A stretch of 64,000 nt of DNA from an uncultured delta proteobacterium (GCA_963745835.1 CAVUZH010000003.1:512001-576000); one strand, 5' to 3'; positions 9,891 to 20,193 are shown, numbered from the stretch's first letter. A program made the numbers and translations. The notes: generated by a model not told the origin, from the sequence alone.

Positions 9891-10901
9891 TCACGGACTT
9901 TTTTTGCCACGCGCCGCATCGAGCGCCTGCACGAATCGCAGGTCGACGAAATCCTGGGGCCGCGCTTCCCGGGCTTTCGGAGTGCGCGGCGCCAGCTCGT
10001 CGAGAATAAGTTGTACCCCCTCGAGCGTCGGCTGAGGTATATCTGCGAAGTAGTCGCGGTAGAAGCCGTACGTCTCTTCCAAGATCTGCCGGTCATTGCT
10101 CCGCATAGCGCGGCCCAGCACTCCCAGCGTGAACTCCGGTTCCTGTTTGAAGACGCGGACTGCCTCCGTATAGGCTTCCATGAACGCGGTGAGGACGGCC
10201 GGCTTTGACTGGGCGAACCGCCGCAGCGTGACCAAAGCATTGGACTGATATTTTGTCGTCCGGCTCAGATCGATCAACTCGCGAAAACCCAGCCGTCTGA
10301 TGGCGATCGTATGGAACGGTGGACTCAACATCGCCGCCTGAATTCCGCCTGCCTGTAGCGCCGCTACGCTTTCCGGGTACCCGCCGGTCTGAAGAATGGC
10401 GACGTCCCGGTCCGGCGTGATCCCAGCCCGCGTCAAGTAAGACCGAGCCATGAAATCGGAAAGAGAACCGAAACGGGTGACGCCTACCCGCTTGCCGCGC
10501 AGAGCTTCGACAGCTGTGATATCAGGAGTGGCAACAAGCGACATGAGGACGCTGTTGGAGATGCCGCCGATGATGACGCTATCCGCTCCTGACAAATTCG
10601 CCTGGATGGCGGTCGTTCCCGAGACCGAACCGATTTCGACTTCTTGAGCGAGCAGCGCTTGCATCGAGCGCACACCGGCGACGTAGATCAAGCTGACATC
10701 GAGACCGTGGCGCGGAAAAATGCCGCGGTCACGCGCTACCCAGAGCACGGAATTGGTTGCGGTGAGAGTCGAGTGGGCGACCCGGAGGCGTTCGGCCGCT
10801 GCGGCGAGTTGTGTCAGCCCTTGCAGCATCACAATCAAAGCCACCAGCGCTGTTATTTGCGCCCATCTTGCGCGCGTGGATCTTCGTCGCGTCTTGTTCA
10901 T
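9891..10901 (-). CDS. ABC-type substrate-binding protein, NMT1/SsuA-like
   Basis: Signal peptide; LWVARDRGIFPRHGLDV, LRGKRVGVTRFGSLSDF. Confidence 0.88.
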   Translation of the reverse strand: MNKTRRRSTRARWAQITALVALIVMLQGLTQLAAAAERLRVAHSTLTATNSVLWVARDRGIFPRHGLDVSLIYVAGVRSMQALLAQEVEIGSVSGTTAIQANLSGADSVIIGGISNSVLMSLVATPDITAVEALRGKRVGVTRFGSLSDFMARSYLTRAGITPDRDVAILQTGGYPESVAALQAGGIQAAMLSPPFHTIAIRRLGFRELIDLSRTTKYQSNALVTLRRFAQSKPAVLTAFMEAYTEAVRVFKQEPEFTLGVLGRAMRSNDRQILEETYGFYRDYFADIPQPTLEGVQLILDELAPRTPKAREARPQDFVDLRFVQALDAARGKKSP

Positions 10902-11235
10902 ATCCGGCCCTCCGTGTTCGGAGCTATACAGGATCGCAACGAAGCGGGTCAAGTCAGGATTGGACGCTATCGTGGGCTATTTAACTGCTAGATCTCAGCG
11001 ACTCTTTCGTTTCGACGAGTATCCAATGAACCGAAACTGCATTTCATTGCATCTAAGATATCAGCGAGTTCAGCTCACCGTTTATAGCTGATGAGTTCGC
11101 ATGGAGCCAAAAAGTATGGTGCAAAGCTGATCGTCTTGATCGTGCGGTTCTAAACCGCACACTCTAAGGTTGCCATAATTTCGGATCTGAATGGATTTGG
11201 TTCGTTGGAATCGACAAAGCAGCGGTGTCGCGTCT

Positions 11236-12183
11236 CTAAGGATGGCGACCATCTTTTTGACGGAGGAAGTTTCTTAGCGCCGTAAAAATCAGCAGCGCTA
11301 GCGCAATGAATAAAACGACGAGAATCACCATGAGATATAGATCGATCCGCGCCGGTGTCTCTTGCCGCTTTTCTAGCCGCGCGAATGGCTCTTCCCACCT
11401 CGGAACAGCCGCTATATCGGTCTGGAACTTTCCTCTATCGAAGTCGTAAACATACACATTTTGCCAGCCAAAGCAGGTGAGTGGGGTCGCAAAGTTTATG
11501 TCCTCTCGTCGCGTTTCTTCCGGGACCTCACTTGCCTTGTAGATGCAGGTGTTGAATTCCAGCGCGACATTTTTCATGCCGATTCCGGAAACAAAGGCCC
11601 CGCTGGGATGATCGGCCATATAAACGACCGGTCTTCTTGGTTTCTGAGTCCCGTAGAATTTCTGGGTGCGCTCATCATAGGATCCCGGCCTATTCCATCT
11701 CAGTAAAGAGAATCTCCCGCCTTTCGGATCGCTGTTGTAAGCCGGATCGGTGTCCTGTGAATCGATGACCCATTCCGGAAAGCAAAAAGGAACGTTCTCG
11801 CCAAAGCTCGCCACGGTGTCATTTATTTTCCTGGTGATCTTCCCGCCATTAGTTTTTGAACTGTAAAATACGCAACCTTTTTTGAATTGAACGATCGCAT
11901 ACTTCTCGAGCGCAGCCACTGAGTCGGTCTGATACTCCATTACTACGCTGTTGCCATAACTGGGATAGATCGGATCGTCGCTAAACCAGACTTCGTAAAC
12001 CGACGTTGTCAACGTGAATCTTTTCAGATCGCAGGAGGCGGTCGGGCGGCAATTGGAGTTTAAAAAATCCTGCTTTGTTTCCGAAACCGTGTGGACATGG
12101 CCTTTGGCGGTGAAGTGCCCGAAAGAATTTTCCGAAAGAAAGGCCAGAAGCCAGATGAATGAAAAGCAGAAAATTTTTCGCAT
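11236..12183 (-). CDS. Hypothetical exported protein with C-terminal membrane anchor
   Basis: N-terminal signal-like MRKIFCFSFIWLLAFLS; Cys-containing soluble domain; C-terminal hydrophobic helix followed by basic tail RNFLRQKDGRHP. Confidence 0.7.
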   Translation of the reverse strand: MRKIFCFSFIWLLAFLSENSFGHFTAKGHVHTVSETKQDFLNSNCRPTASCDLKRFTLTTSVYEVWFSDDPIYPSYGNSVVMEYQTDSVAALEKYAIVQFKKGCVFYSSKTNGGKITRKINDTVASFGENVPFCFPEWVIDSQDTDPAYNSDPKGGRFSLLRWNRPGSYDERTQKFYGTQKPRRPVVYMADHPSGAFVSGIGMKNVALEFNTCIYKASEVPEETRREDINFATPLTCFGWQNVYVYDFDRGKFQTDIAAVPRWEEPFARLEKRQETPARIDLYLMVILVVLFIALALLIFTALRNFLRQKDGRHP

Positions 12184-12268
12184 TGTCGTGAGCAACGCCA
12201 ATCTAGCGGATTCAAAAATCAGGTGTCAACGGTAGTATGATATTTAAGCGCATTCCAAAGGTTTCAAT

Positions 12269-12294
12269 CGTTCGACCGCCTCCTCTCCGTTCAA
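12269..12294 (+). repeat. Short direct repeat upstream of phosphatase gene
   Basis: CGTTCGACCGCCTCCTCTCCGTTCAA, similar to CGTTCAACCGCCGCGCTCCGCTCAA at 12978-13002. Confidence 0.45.
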
Positions 12295-12407
12295 GCCGTC
12301 TCCTTTGCTAACGTTCAATCTTTACATAATCATCTCGGCGTGCGATGACGATTAGCAAAGATTTTTGAACAGCAACATGGATTGGCTGCACACAAGGGAG
12401 ATTTGAG

Positions 12408-12902
12408 TTGTTTCGTCGCGTGGATCTTCCCCCTCGGGTTTCTGGAACACTGCTGCTGCACAGCATGCCGGGCCGCTTTGAAACGATCGAGAAGGTTTGG
12501 CAGCAACTGAAGAGTGACGCGGTGGCCGCAATTATTTGTCTCACCGAAGAGTACGAAATCCGCCTGAAATCTTCTAAGTATGCGGACGCTTTGGAAACCG
12601 GGGCAGTTCCCTGTTCCGTCGTGCCTTTTGAAATCCGTGAAGGCGGCGTGCCCGCAGATCGGGACGCCTTCTGGGCGCTTGCCAACGATCTAGCGAATCG
12701 ATTGCGTTGCGGGGAAGCGCTGCTGATTCATTGCGCCGGAGGTGTCGGCCGCACCGCCATGCTTGCGGTCTCGGTGCTGCTTGCGTTGGGCGAATCGTTT
12801 AATGAAGCGGAAAACGCGGTGTCGCGGGCGGGGTCCATCGTCGAAACCATGGCGCAGATCGAGATGCTTTCCTGGTGCGCAGCGCGGGTGAGTAATAAAT
12901 AA
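12408..12902 (+). CDS. Dual-specificity/tyrosine protein phosphatase family
   Basis: HCAGGVGRT = HCX5R catalytic loop; GGGAG RBS before TTG start. Confidence 0.88.
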   Translation: MFRRVDLPPRVSGTLLLHSMPGRFETIEKVWQQLKSDAVAAIICLTEEYEIRLKSSKYADALETGAVPCSVVPFEIREGGVPADRDAFWALANDLANRLRCGEALLIHCAGGVGRTAMLAVSVLLALGESFNEAENAVSRAGSIVETMAQIEMLSWCAARVSNK

Positions 12903-12977
12903 CTAGCCGTTCAACCGAGAGCGCAGGTTCCATCGTTCGGGCTCGGAACCGAGCGTTCTAGTTCTAATAGTTGAAAA

Positions 12978-13002
12978 CGTTCAACCGCCGCGCTCCGCTC
13001 AA
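12978..13002 (+). repeat. Short direct repeat downstream of phosphatase gene
   Basis: Partner of 12269-12294. Confidence 0.45.
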
Positions 13003-13188
13003 AACGCCAGCCAGAGAGAAGCTTGGTACGACCGACTCTTGGGGCCGTTGTATTCGTGAGCTCAGCGGACTGATATCAGTCTTCGAACATCGGGGGTTCA
13101 TCCGAATTAGCTGGTAAGAAGGACATCGCCAAGAGCAAATGCGGCTGAGAAGTGCGGCGCGACTTTTGCCACGCCGGACCGGGAAATC

Positions 13189-14268
13189 CTATCGGGCCTG
13201 ATGCAATCCGAACACCTGATGGTAGAGCTCTGTCACTTCCTTTAAGTTCACGGCTCTCGAGCTGGGCGTGACGAAGACAAAATCCTTCTGCAGTAATTCC
13301 TGGAGCCAGGGCTGGTGCTTGACTCCTTTTCTGACTGAGATACGGCCGGTCTGGTCGGACATCTTGGTCTGACCGTCCTGCGAGATCAACCAGTCGTAGA
13401 AGAGAATCGCTGCGTGGGGGTTAGGCGCCCGCTGCAGCAATGCTAGCAAATCGGGTTCGCCGGCATATGGATCGAAAATTCGAAAATCGATGGGCGCACC
13501 TTTGGATTTGAGCTCGGCGACTCGACGGCCACGGGCCGCTATGGCGATCGACGATTCGCCGGCGAGCAACAACTGGACTCTCATAACGCTACTCGAGCCC
13601 GGCATGTGCAAATTCTGCTTCGCCAGGTTCTTCATGTAGTCGAGTCCCTTGTCTTTGCCCATGTGGTCCAACATGACCGAGAACCAATCGTAATCTTCGG
13701 TGCCGAGGCTCATTTTGCCGCGCCACTTGGGATTCAAAAGATCCTGATAATTCTTAGGCACCTCCTGGGCGCTTACTAGTTTGGTATTGTAAGCGAGCAC
13801 GATCGGGGTGATATCGAATGCAGTCCAGTAGCTGTCGGCATCAAATGATCCTTTGAATAAACTGTCTCGTTCGGGAGAAGCATAGGGAGTTGAGAGTTGC
13901 CGCTCCTTTAACTGCCAAACTTCTATCGGTGCCGAGCCGACCAGATCCACGGCGAATCGGCCGGTCTTGGCCTCGGTATCGACCCTGCGGAATACACCCG
14001 AGGGCGTCGAACGGAACGCGTGAGTTTTGATATACGGATGCGCTTGTTCAAAAGCCGCCAGGATCTTGGGATAATCCGATAAGCTCACCGACGTGTAAAT
14101 AACCACCTGACCTTCTTTTTTCGCGCCTTCCTCCAACGCAGTTTTTCTCTGCGCTGGTTGAAGAGGCTGTATTTTCTTCAAGACCTCGGCAACGGTAGCG
14201 GCGTCGCTGATCGACTGAATCGAAATCGCGGCGAGTGTCAGCAATAGATTGAGCAAGAACTTCGTCAT
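13189..14268 (-). CDS. Extracellular solute-binding protein (AfuA/Fe(III)-spermidine SBP-like)
   Basis: Signal peptide from MTKFLLNLLL; GAKKEGQVVIYTS, AYNTKLV..PKNYQDLLNPKWRGK, APNPHAAILFYDWLISQDGQ. Confidence 0.88.
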   Translation of the reverse strand: MTKFLLNLLLTLAAISIQSISDAATVAEVLKKIQPLQPAQRKTALEEGAKKEGQVVIYTSVSLSDYPKILAAFEQAHPYIKTHAFRSTPSGVFRRVDTEAKTGRFAVDLVGSAPIEVWQLKERQLSTPYASPERDSLFKGSFDADSYWTAFDITPIVLAYNTKLVSAQEVPKNYQDLLNPKWRGKMSLGTEDYDWFSVMLDHMGKDKGLDYMKNLAKQNLHMPGSSSVMRVQLLLAGESSIAIAARGRRVAELKSKGAPIDFRIFDPYAGEPDLLALLQRAPNPHAAILFYDWLISQDGQTKMSDQTGRISVRKGVKHQPWLQELLQKDFVFVTPSSRAVNLKEVTELYHQVFGLHQAR

Positions 14269-14288
14269 CTGATGTTTAACTCCCTTGG

Positions 14289-14699
14289 TTACTGTTGTTC
14301 GGGTCCGCCTTTGTCTTTCGGCAGCGGCTTTCCGCTCCATCCCCAGGTCGAGATGTCGAAAATATTGCCGTCGGGATCCGCCCCTCGTGTTTCGGCGTAG
14401 CTGGTGCCGCTGGGCCGCTTCTTCGGCGCTCCTTGCGGATAGATCTCCTGAATTCTCTTGGCCACGGTCTCCTGGTCGTCGACATGAAAGCCGAAGTGGT
14501 ACATGCCCATATGTTTCAGATCGTCCGGATCCTTGGGATCATTGGCGTTCAAAATCGCCAGATTCACTTCGCCATCGGACAGGTGCACCGAGCCATTCTT
14601 GGTGCGGAAAACTTCCTCGAGCTCGAAGACTTTTTTATAAAACTCGGCGAGCTTCTCCGGTTGATGGGTCAACAATGCCAGATGTCTTAGTTTTGCCAT
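14289..14699 (-). CDS. VOC (glyoxalase/extradiol dioxygenase) family protein
   Basis: KLRHLAL, FYKKVF, SDGEVNLAIL, HFGFHVDD, DPDGNIFDIS; GGAGG RBS. Confidence 0.88.
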   Translation of the reverse strand: MAKLRHLALLTHQPEKLAEFYKKVFELEEVFRTKNGSVHLSDGEVNLAILNANDPKDPDDLKHMGMYHFGFHVDDQETVAKRIQEIYPQGAPKKRPSGTSYAETRGADPDGNIFDISTWGWSGKPLPKDKGGPEQQ

Positions 14700-14822
14700 A
14701 ATCATCCTCCTGAATGCGATGGTTTTCGTCTAGCATCCGGCGCACTTTGAAGCAAATGCTAGCGCGCGAGCGCATCGCGCTCAGCCCTGCTGCTTGTGTG
14801 CCCAACGGTCGTTTGATACGCT

Positions 14823-14845
14823 TGATTGAAACATATGTTTAATCA
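14823..14845. promoter_or_regulatory. Putative TetR operator palindrome overlapping the TetR start codon
   Basis: TGATTGAAACATATGTTTAATCA with perfect 12-bp core AAACATATGTTT; ATG at 14835 lies inside it. Confidence 0.6.
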
Positions 14846-15581
14846 CCAAGAGAAACATTCCACCGAATTGTCTTCAGCCACCGAGAGTCGTTTGCTCGAA
14901 GCGGCGGGGGAGATTTTTGCCGAAGTCGGTTATCGCGCTGCTACGGTACGACAGATATGTGAGAAGGCCGGCGCCAACATCGCCGCGGTGAATTACCACT
15001 TCGGCGACAAAGAAGGACTCTACATGGCGGTGCTGCGCTCGGTGCCGGATGCCCATGCCGAGAAGTTCCCTGCCAACAGGGATCTTCCTCCTGGAGCAAC
15101 CGCGCAACAGAGGCTGGCGGCTTACATCGAATCCTTATTGAATCGGGTTTTCGATGAAGGACGGCCGGGTTGGCATACTAAGATTATGGCCCGGGAAATG
15201 ATTGAGCCCACCCGTGCTTTGGATACTCTGGTCACCGATGTTGCTCTGCCGGTCCATCAGGAGCTGGCTGCCATTGTCCGTGAGCTGCTGGGCTCGAGGG
15301 CGACCGAGGATGCCGTGCGCCTGTGCACGCTGAGTATTTTGAGCCAGTGTGTTTACTACCATCACGCTCGCTCGGTGCTGAGCCGTCTTTATCCGCAACA
15401 GGAATACGGCTCCCGAGACATCGCCCAGCTGGCGGATCATGTTACGCGGTTTTCTCGGGGCGCTTTGCAGCATTTTGTCCAGGGAAATGGCCGCGGATCG
15501 GGCGCCAAGAGCCGCCGCACTCTACAACTTGCGAAGAACAACCGAGCGCGGGTCAAGCGCGTTAGGAAGATCGACCGATGA
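14835..15581 (+). CDS. TetR/AcrR-family regulator with CerR/CecR-type C-terminal domain
   Basis: RLLEAAGEIFAEVGYRAATVRQICEKAGANIAAVNYHFGDKEGLY HTH; first gene of efflux operon. Confidence 0.9.
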   Translation: MFNHQEKHSTELSSATESRLLEAAGEIFAEVGYRAATVRQICEKAGANIAAVNYHFGDKEGLYMAVLRSVPDAHAEKFPANRDLPPGATAQQRLAAYIESLLNRVFDEGRPGWHTKIMAREMIEPTRALDTLVTDVALPVHQELAAIVRELLGSRATEDAVRLCTLSILSQCVYYHHARSVLSRLYPQQEYGSRDIAQLADHVTRFSRGALQHFVQGNGRGSGAKSRRTLQLAKNNRARVKRVRKIDR

Positions 15582-16798
15582 CTTGGCTCGAGTCAACTGG
15601 AAAAGGCTGGGGCCGTTTGCTACCTGTGGCTCTGCTGTTGCTGTTCGCGCTAGCGGCATGTGGCGGCGATCAATCAGCCACTGCCGTGATCGAAAGCTCG
15701 CCGCCGCCGCGCCAGGTAAAAATCGCTACAGCGGTGGAGGCCAAAGTGGCCCGCACGGTGAGCGCCACCGGAACGCTGGCGGCCGAAGATCAAGTTGTCC
15801 TGGGCACCAAAGTCGTCGGCCGGCTCGGTGAGATCTCGGTCGATCTCGGCAGCCGCGTGCGCAAAGGCCAGGCGATTGCGCGCATCGACCCCAGCGATTA
15901 CCGGCTGCGCGTGGATCAAGCCGAGGCTGCTCTTCAGCAAGCCCGAGTTCGTCTCGGGCTCCCGGCCGAAGGGACCAGCGATAAGATCGAACCCGAGCAA
16001 ACAGCGACCGTGCGTCAGGCGGCGGCTACTCTCAAGGAAGCTCGCTTGACCCACGATCGCATGACGAAACTGTGGGAAAATAATTACATCGCGCGCGCTG
16101 AGCTCGACGCTGCGGTGGCGCAATTGGCGATTGCCGAAAGCCAGTACCAGAATGCCCTCGAAGAAGTGAGAATCCGCCAGGGGCTTCTGTTTCAACGTCG
16201 TTCAGAGCTCGAGATCGCGCGCCAGCAACTCGCCGACACGATCATTGCTTCGCCCATGGACGGTGCCGTTAGCGAACGTCAAGCCTCAGTCGGGCAGTAT
16301 CTGGCTGCCGGTGCGTCGGTAGTCACCCTGGTGCGCATGGATCCGTTACGTTTGCGGCTGGCGGTGCCCGAGCGACAGGCCGGAACCGTGCGTGTCGGCC
16401 AGGCGGTAGAGCTTACGGTCGAAGGCGATAGCCGGCGGTATTCCGGGCGGGTTGTCCGCTTATCTCCGGCGATCAGTGAGAACAACCGAACATTACTGAT
16501 CGAGGCTGAAGTGCCCAATAGGGAGGGCCGACTGCGCCCCGGGTCTTTCGCCAAAGGCGATATTATCGTCGAAGCCGGGGAGCAGATCGTTACCGTGCCA
16601 CGCGATGCGATCATCACTTTTGCGGGTATCGATAAGGTTTTGAGCGTGGAAGAGGGGCAAGCTGTGGAAAAGCGGGTGCGTACCGGACGTCGTATAGGTG
16701 ACCAGATCGAAATCGTCGAAGGCGTTGCCGCGGGTTATCAAGTCATCGTCGATCCGGGAAATTTGGTTGCAGGGCAGCCCGTGAAGGTTGTGAACTGA
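15578..16798 (+). CDS. RND efflux periplasmic adaptor (membrane fusion protein), lipoprotein
   Basis: Lipobox LAAC; VDLGSRVRKGQ, IASPMDGAV, LRPGSFA; ATGA overlap with TetR gene. Confidence 0.93.
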   Translation: MTWLESTGKGWGRLLPVALLLLFALAACGGDQSATAVIESSPPPRQVKIATAVEAKVARTVSATGTLAAEDQVVLGTKVVGRLGEISVDLGSRVRKGQAIARIDPSDYRLRVDQAEAALQQARVRLGLPAEGTSDKIEPEQTATVRQAAATLKEARLTHDRMTKLWENNYIARAELDAAVAQLAIAESQYQNALEEVRIRQGLLFQRRSELEIARQQLADTIIASPMDGAVSERQASVGQYLAAGASVVTLVRMDPLRLRLAVPERQAGTVRVGQAVELTVEGDSRRYSGRVVRLSPAISENNRTLLIEAEVPNREGRLRPGSFAKGDIIVEAGEQIVTVPRDAIITFAGIDKVLSVEEGQAVEKRVRTGRRIGDQIEIVEGVAAGYQVIVDPGNLVAGQPVKVVN

Positions 16799-19700
16799 TG
16801 CAGAAGCTCGCGGAAGTATCGATCCGCCGTCCGGTGTTTGCCTCGATGATCGTTTTGGCGCTCGTGGTCGTCGGCGCGGCGAGCTATTTCCGATTAGGTG
16901 TCGATCGCTTCCCGTCCGTAGACTTGCCCAACGTTTCGGTGCGCACTACCTTGCCGGGCGCTTCCCCTGAAGAGGTCGAGACCGTAATCTCACAGCCGAT
17001 CGAAGAGGTCGTCAATACCGTAGAAGGAATTGATGAGCTGCGTTCCGTATCGGGACGGGGAACCTCATTCGTCATGGCCACGTTCAACCTTGACCGTGAC
17101 ATCGATGTCGCTGCTCAGGATGTTCGCGACCGGGTCGCCACGGTACTCAACCGTTTGCCGCGCGAAGTCGATCCTCCTGTCATTTCCAAATTCAATAACG
17201 AAGATTCGCCGATCCTTACCCTAGCTCTCTCAGGCGACCGATCGTTGCGCGAATTGACCGAGATCGCCGATAAAATCGTCAAGGTGCAGATCGAGCGCTC
17301 TGCGGGTGTAGGCGAGGTTCGTATCGTCGGCGGCTTGGAACGTGCCATCAACATTTGGATAGATGCCGACCGTTTAGCCGCCTATCAAATACCCATCACC
17401 ACGGTTAGAGACGCGATCCAGCGGCAGAACGCCGACATACCGGGCGGCAATGTGACCGCCGGCCCGCGCGAACAAGTGCTTCGCACCATGGGGCGGATTG
17501 TTGTTCCGGAAGCTTTCAATGATCTGGTGGTCTCGACAGTGAACGGTGTCCCGATTCGCATCCGCGACATCGGTTCGGCGGAAGACGGCACCAAGGAACA
17601 GCGATCGCTGGCGCGGCTCAACGGCGTGCCGACGGTACAACTCCAGGTAAGACGACAGTCGGGCGCCAACACCATTGCCGTGATCGAGTCGGTGAAAGAA
17701 AATCTGGCCCGCGTCAGCCGGCAACTTCCGGGCGATGTCAGGACTGAAATTATCCGGGACCAGTCCCGTTACATTTATGCCGCTCTGCACGAGATCACTT
17801 TCCATCTGATCTTAGGCAGTCTATTTGCCTCTCTGGTGGTGCTGGCTTTTATGCGCAGTTGGCGTTCGACCATCATTGCCTCCGTTGCGATTCCGAGTTC
17901 GGTCATTTCAGCCTTCGGCATGATGTGGGCGCTCGACTTTACGCTCAACAGCGTCACCATGCTGGCGCTGGTGCTGATGGTCGGCATTGTCATCGACGAT
18001 GCCATCGTCGTGCTGGAAAACATCTTCCGTTTCGTTGAGGAAAAGAAGATGAACCCTTATGAGGCGGCGCGCGCCGCCACCGCTGAAATCGGTTTGGCGG
18101 TCATGGCAACGACCTTCAGCCTGGTGATTATTTTCGTTCCTGTCTCATTCATGTCCAGCATCTCGGGAAGATTCCTCTATCAATTTGGTCTGACCGCCTC
18201 AGTGGCGGTCCTGGTCAGTTTGCTGGTGTCTTTCACGCTTACGCCGATGATGAGCGCGCGTATGATCAGCGATACTCGAGACGCAAACACGGAAGGGGAG
18301 GGCAATCACGCGCGTTCGCGGCGCGGTTTTTACGGCTGGATCGATCGCCACTACGAAAGTATGCTCCAGTGGTCTTTGGTGCACCGCGTTGCGGTGATGC
18401 TATTTGCCGGGTTGGTCGTGCTCTCTTCGATTCCGCTCTATACGATGGTTCGACAGGAGTACATCCCCAGTGACGTGGACGAAGCCGAGTTCGAAGTCAA
18501 CATAACCGCCCCTCAAGGGACCAGTCTTGCGGCAATGGATGAGATCATGCGCGCCGTCGAAACCGAGCTGCGGGCGGTTCCGTTAGTCCGCCTGATGCTT
18601 TGCGATGCCGGCGGCGGTTTCATCAGCGGCGTAGGCTCGGGCGGATGCTACGTGCGCATCGCGCCGCACGAAGAGAGAATTTTCTCGTTTGGCCGGCTCT
18701 GGCGCGAGACGCTCAACGGCAGACCCTGGACGGCGTTCAGCAACGTTTCGCAGCGCGACATCATGCAGCAGGTTCGCGCCCGCTTGAGCAGATTCTCTGA
18801 TCTACGCACCTCCGTGCGCAATCTGCCGTCGTTTAACATCGGCGGCGGTAATTGGGAGATCGATTTCGTGTTGCGCGGCCCGGATCTCAAGGCGCTGGCC
18901 GATTATGCCGAGCGTTTGCGTATCCGCTCCAAGGATTTAGGTATCATCGACGCCGATACCACACTCAAGCTCGACAACCCCGAACTACGGGTGGTGATCG
19001 ACCGTAAACGCGCCGCGGATCTCAACGTCGATACCGAGCATATCGCGTCGGCGCTGCGCTTGATGGTTGGCGGCGACGAGGAAGTATCGCGGTTCATCGA
19101 TCCCGCGGTCAATGAAGAATATGATGTGCAATTGCGCCTATCGCTGCACGATCGCGAAGACATCGGGGTGATTTCCCGCCTCTATGTTCCGCGCGCCGGC
19201 GCCGGGCTGGTGCGGCTCGATAATCTCGTGCAGGTGGAGCCGGCTCAAAGCGCATCGCGTATCGATCGCCTGGACCGCCAGCGACAGGTAAGTCTGCGCG
19301 CCGGGATCGCTCCCGGTTATGCCCTTGCCGATCGCATCGAGGCGCTGAATGGAGCAGTGCGGGAAATGAATCTGCCCGCCGAATACACCACTAGCGTATC
19401 GGGTCGCGGCCGCGAGTTGCAGCGCACCTTTAATCAGTTTTTATGGGCTTTTTTGCTTTCCTTCATTTTCATGTACATGATTCTGGCATCGCAGTATGAA
19501 AGCACGATTCACCCGCTGACAATTCTTTTATCACTGCCACTGTCCGTGCCGTTCGCGTTACTCTCATTGTGGCTGACCGGTAATACCCTTAATCTCTATT
19601 CCGCGCTTGGCATACTGGTGCTCTTCGGCGTGGTCAAGAAGAACGCGATCCTGCAAATCGATCACATGAATCGGCTGCGCGCGGAGGGAACGGAGCGGTT

Positions 19701-20019
19701 GCCCGCCATCTTGCGCGCCAACCGCGACCGGTTGCGGCCGATCCTGATGACCACACTGGCGCTGGTGGCCGGCATGTTGCCGCTCGCCCTAGGGTCGGGC
19801 CCGGGCGCTGAGGAGCGCCGCGCTGTGGCGGTCGTGGTCATCGGCGGACAGTCGCTTTGCCTGCTATTAACCCTACTGTTTACACCGGTGGCTTACTCGA
19901 TGTTTGAAGACGCCGCGGGGTTATTGTTTTCGAAGCGAGCAGGGGCCCGCGGGCGGCTTTTCAAGTTGCGCCGCCGCGTTATCGGCAGCTGGAAATCGGA
20001 GCGGCCGCCGATCCGCTGA
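16798..20019 (+). CDS. RND efflux permease (AcrB/HAE1 family)
   Basis: 1073 aa; SIRRPVFA, GIVIDDAIVVLENI, GVVKKNAIL, RLRPILMTT. Confidence 0.96.
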   Translation: MQKLAEVSIRRPVFASMIVLALVVVGAASYFRLGVDRFPSVDLPNVSVRTTLPGASPEEVETVISQPIEEVVNTVEGIDELRSVSGRGTSFVMATFNLDRDIDVAAQDVRDRVATVLNRLPREVDPPVISKFNNEDSPILTLALSGDRSLRELTEIADKIVKVQIERSAGVGEVRIVGGLERAINIWIDADRLAAYQIPITTVRDAIQRQNADIPGGNVTAGPREQVLRTMGRIVVPEAFNDLVVSTVNGVPIRIRDIGSAEDGTKEQRSLARLNGVPTVQLQVRRQSGANTIAVIESVKENLARVSRQLPGDVRTEIIRDQSRYIYAALHEITFHLILGSLFASLVVLAFMRSWRSTIIASVAIPSSVISAFGMMWALDFTLNSVTMLALVLMVGIVIDDAIVVLENIFRFVEEKKMNPYEAARAATAEIGLAVMATTFSLVIIFVPVSFMSSISGRFLYQFGLTASVAVLVSLLVSFTLTPMMSARMISDTRDANTEGEGNHARSRRGFYGWIDRHYESMLQWSLVHRVAVMLFAGLVVLSSIPLYTMVRQEYIPSDVDEAEFEVNITAPQGTSLAAMDEIMRAVETELRAVPLVRLMLCDAGGGFISGVGSGGCYVRIAPHEERIFSFGRLWRETLNGRPWTAFSNVSQRDIMQQVRARLSRFSDLRTSVRNLPSFNIGGGNWEIDFVLRGPDLKALADYAERLRIRSKDLGIIDADTTLKLDNPELRVVIDRKRAADLNVDTEHIASALRLMVGGDEEVSRFIDPAVNEEYDVQLRLSLHDREDIGVISRLYVPRAGAGLVRLDNLVQVEPAQSASRIDRLDRQRQVSLRAGIAPGYALADRIEALNGAVREMNLPAEYTTSVSGRGRELQRTFNQFLWAFLLSFIFMYMILASQYESTIHPLTILLSLPLSVPFALLSLWLTGNTLNLYSALGILVLFGVVKKNAILQIDHMNRLRAEGTERLPAILRANRDRLRPILMTTLALVAGMLPLALGSGPGAEERRAVAVVVIGGQSLCLLLTLLFTPVAYSMFEDAAGLLFSKRAGARGRLFKLRRRVIGSWKSERPPIR

Positions 20020-20178
20020 CTTCTAATATATCTCGTCTGCCGCACTAGACTGGGCACCCACGCTGACGTAGACCTCTCAGTTTTGCCGTCCGTTGCACAC
20101 AGCGACACGCTTTTTGCGTGTGCGACAAAACCAAACCTAAGACAAAGCCGGAATCCAGCCGTTGCAATGTTTTGTTCC

Positions 20179-20193
20179 TGGCACAGCGTTTGA
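20179..20193 (+). promoter_or_regulatory. Possible sigma-54 (-24/-12) promoter for the SDR gene
   Basis: TGGCAC-N5-TTGA versus consensus TGGCAC-N5-TTGC, about 80 bp before the start. Confidence 0.35.
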
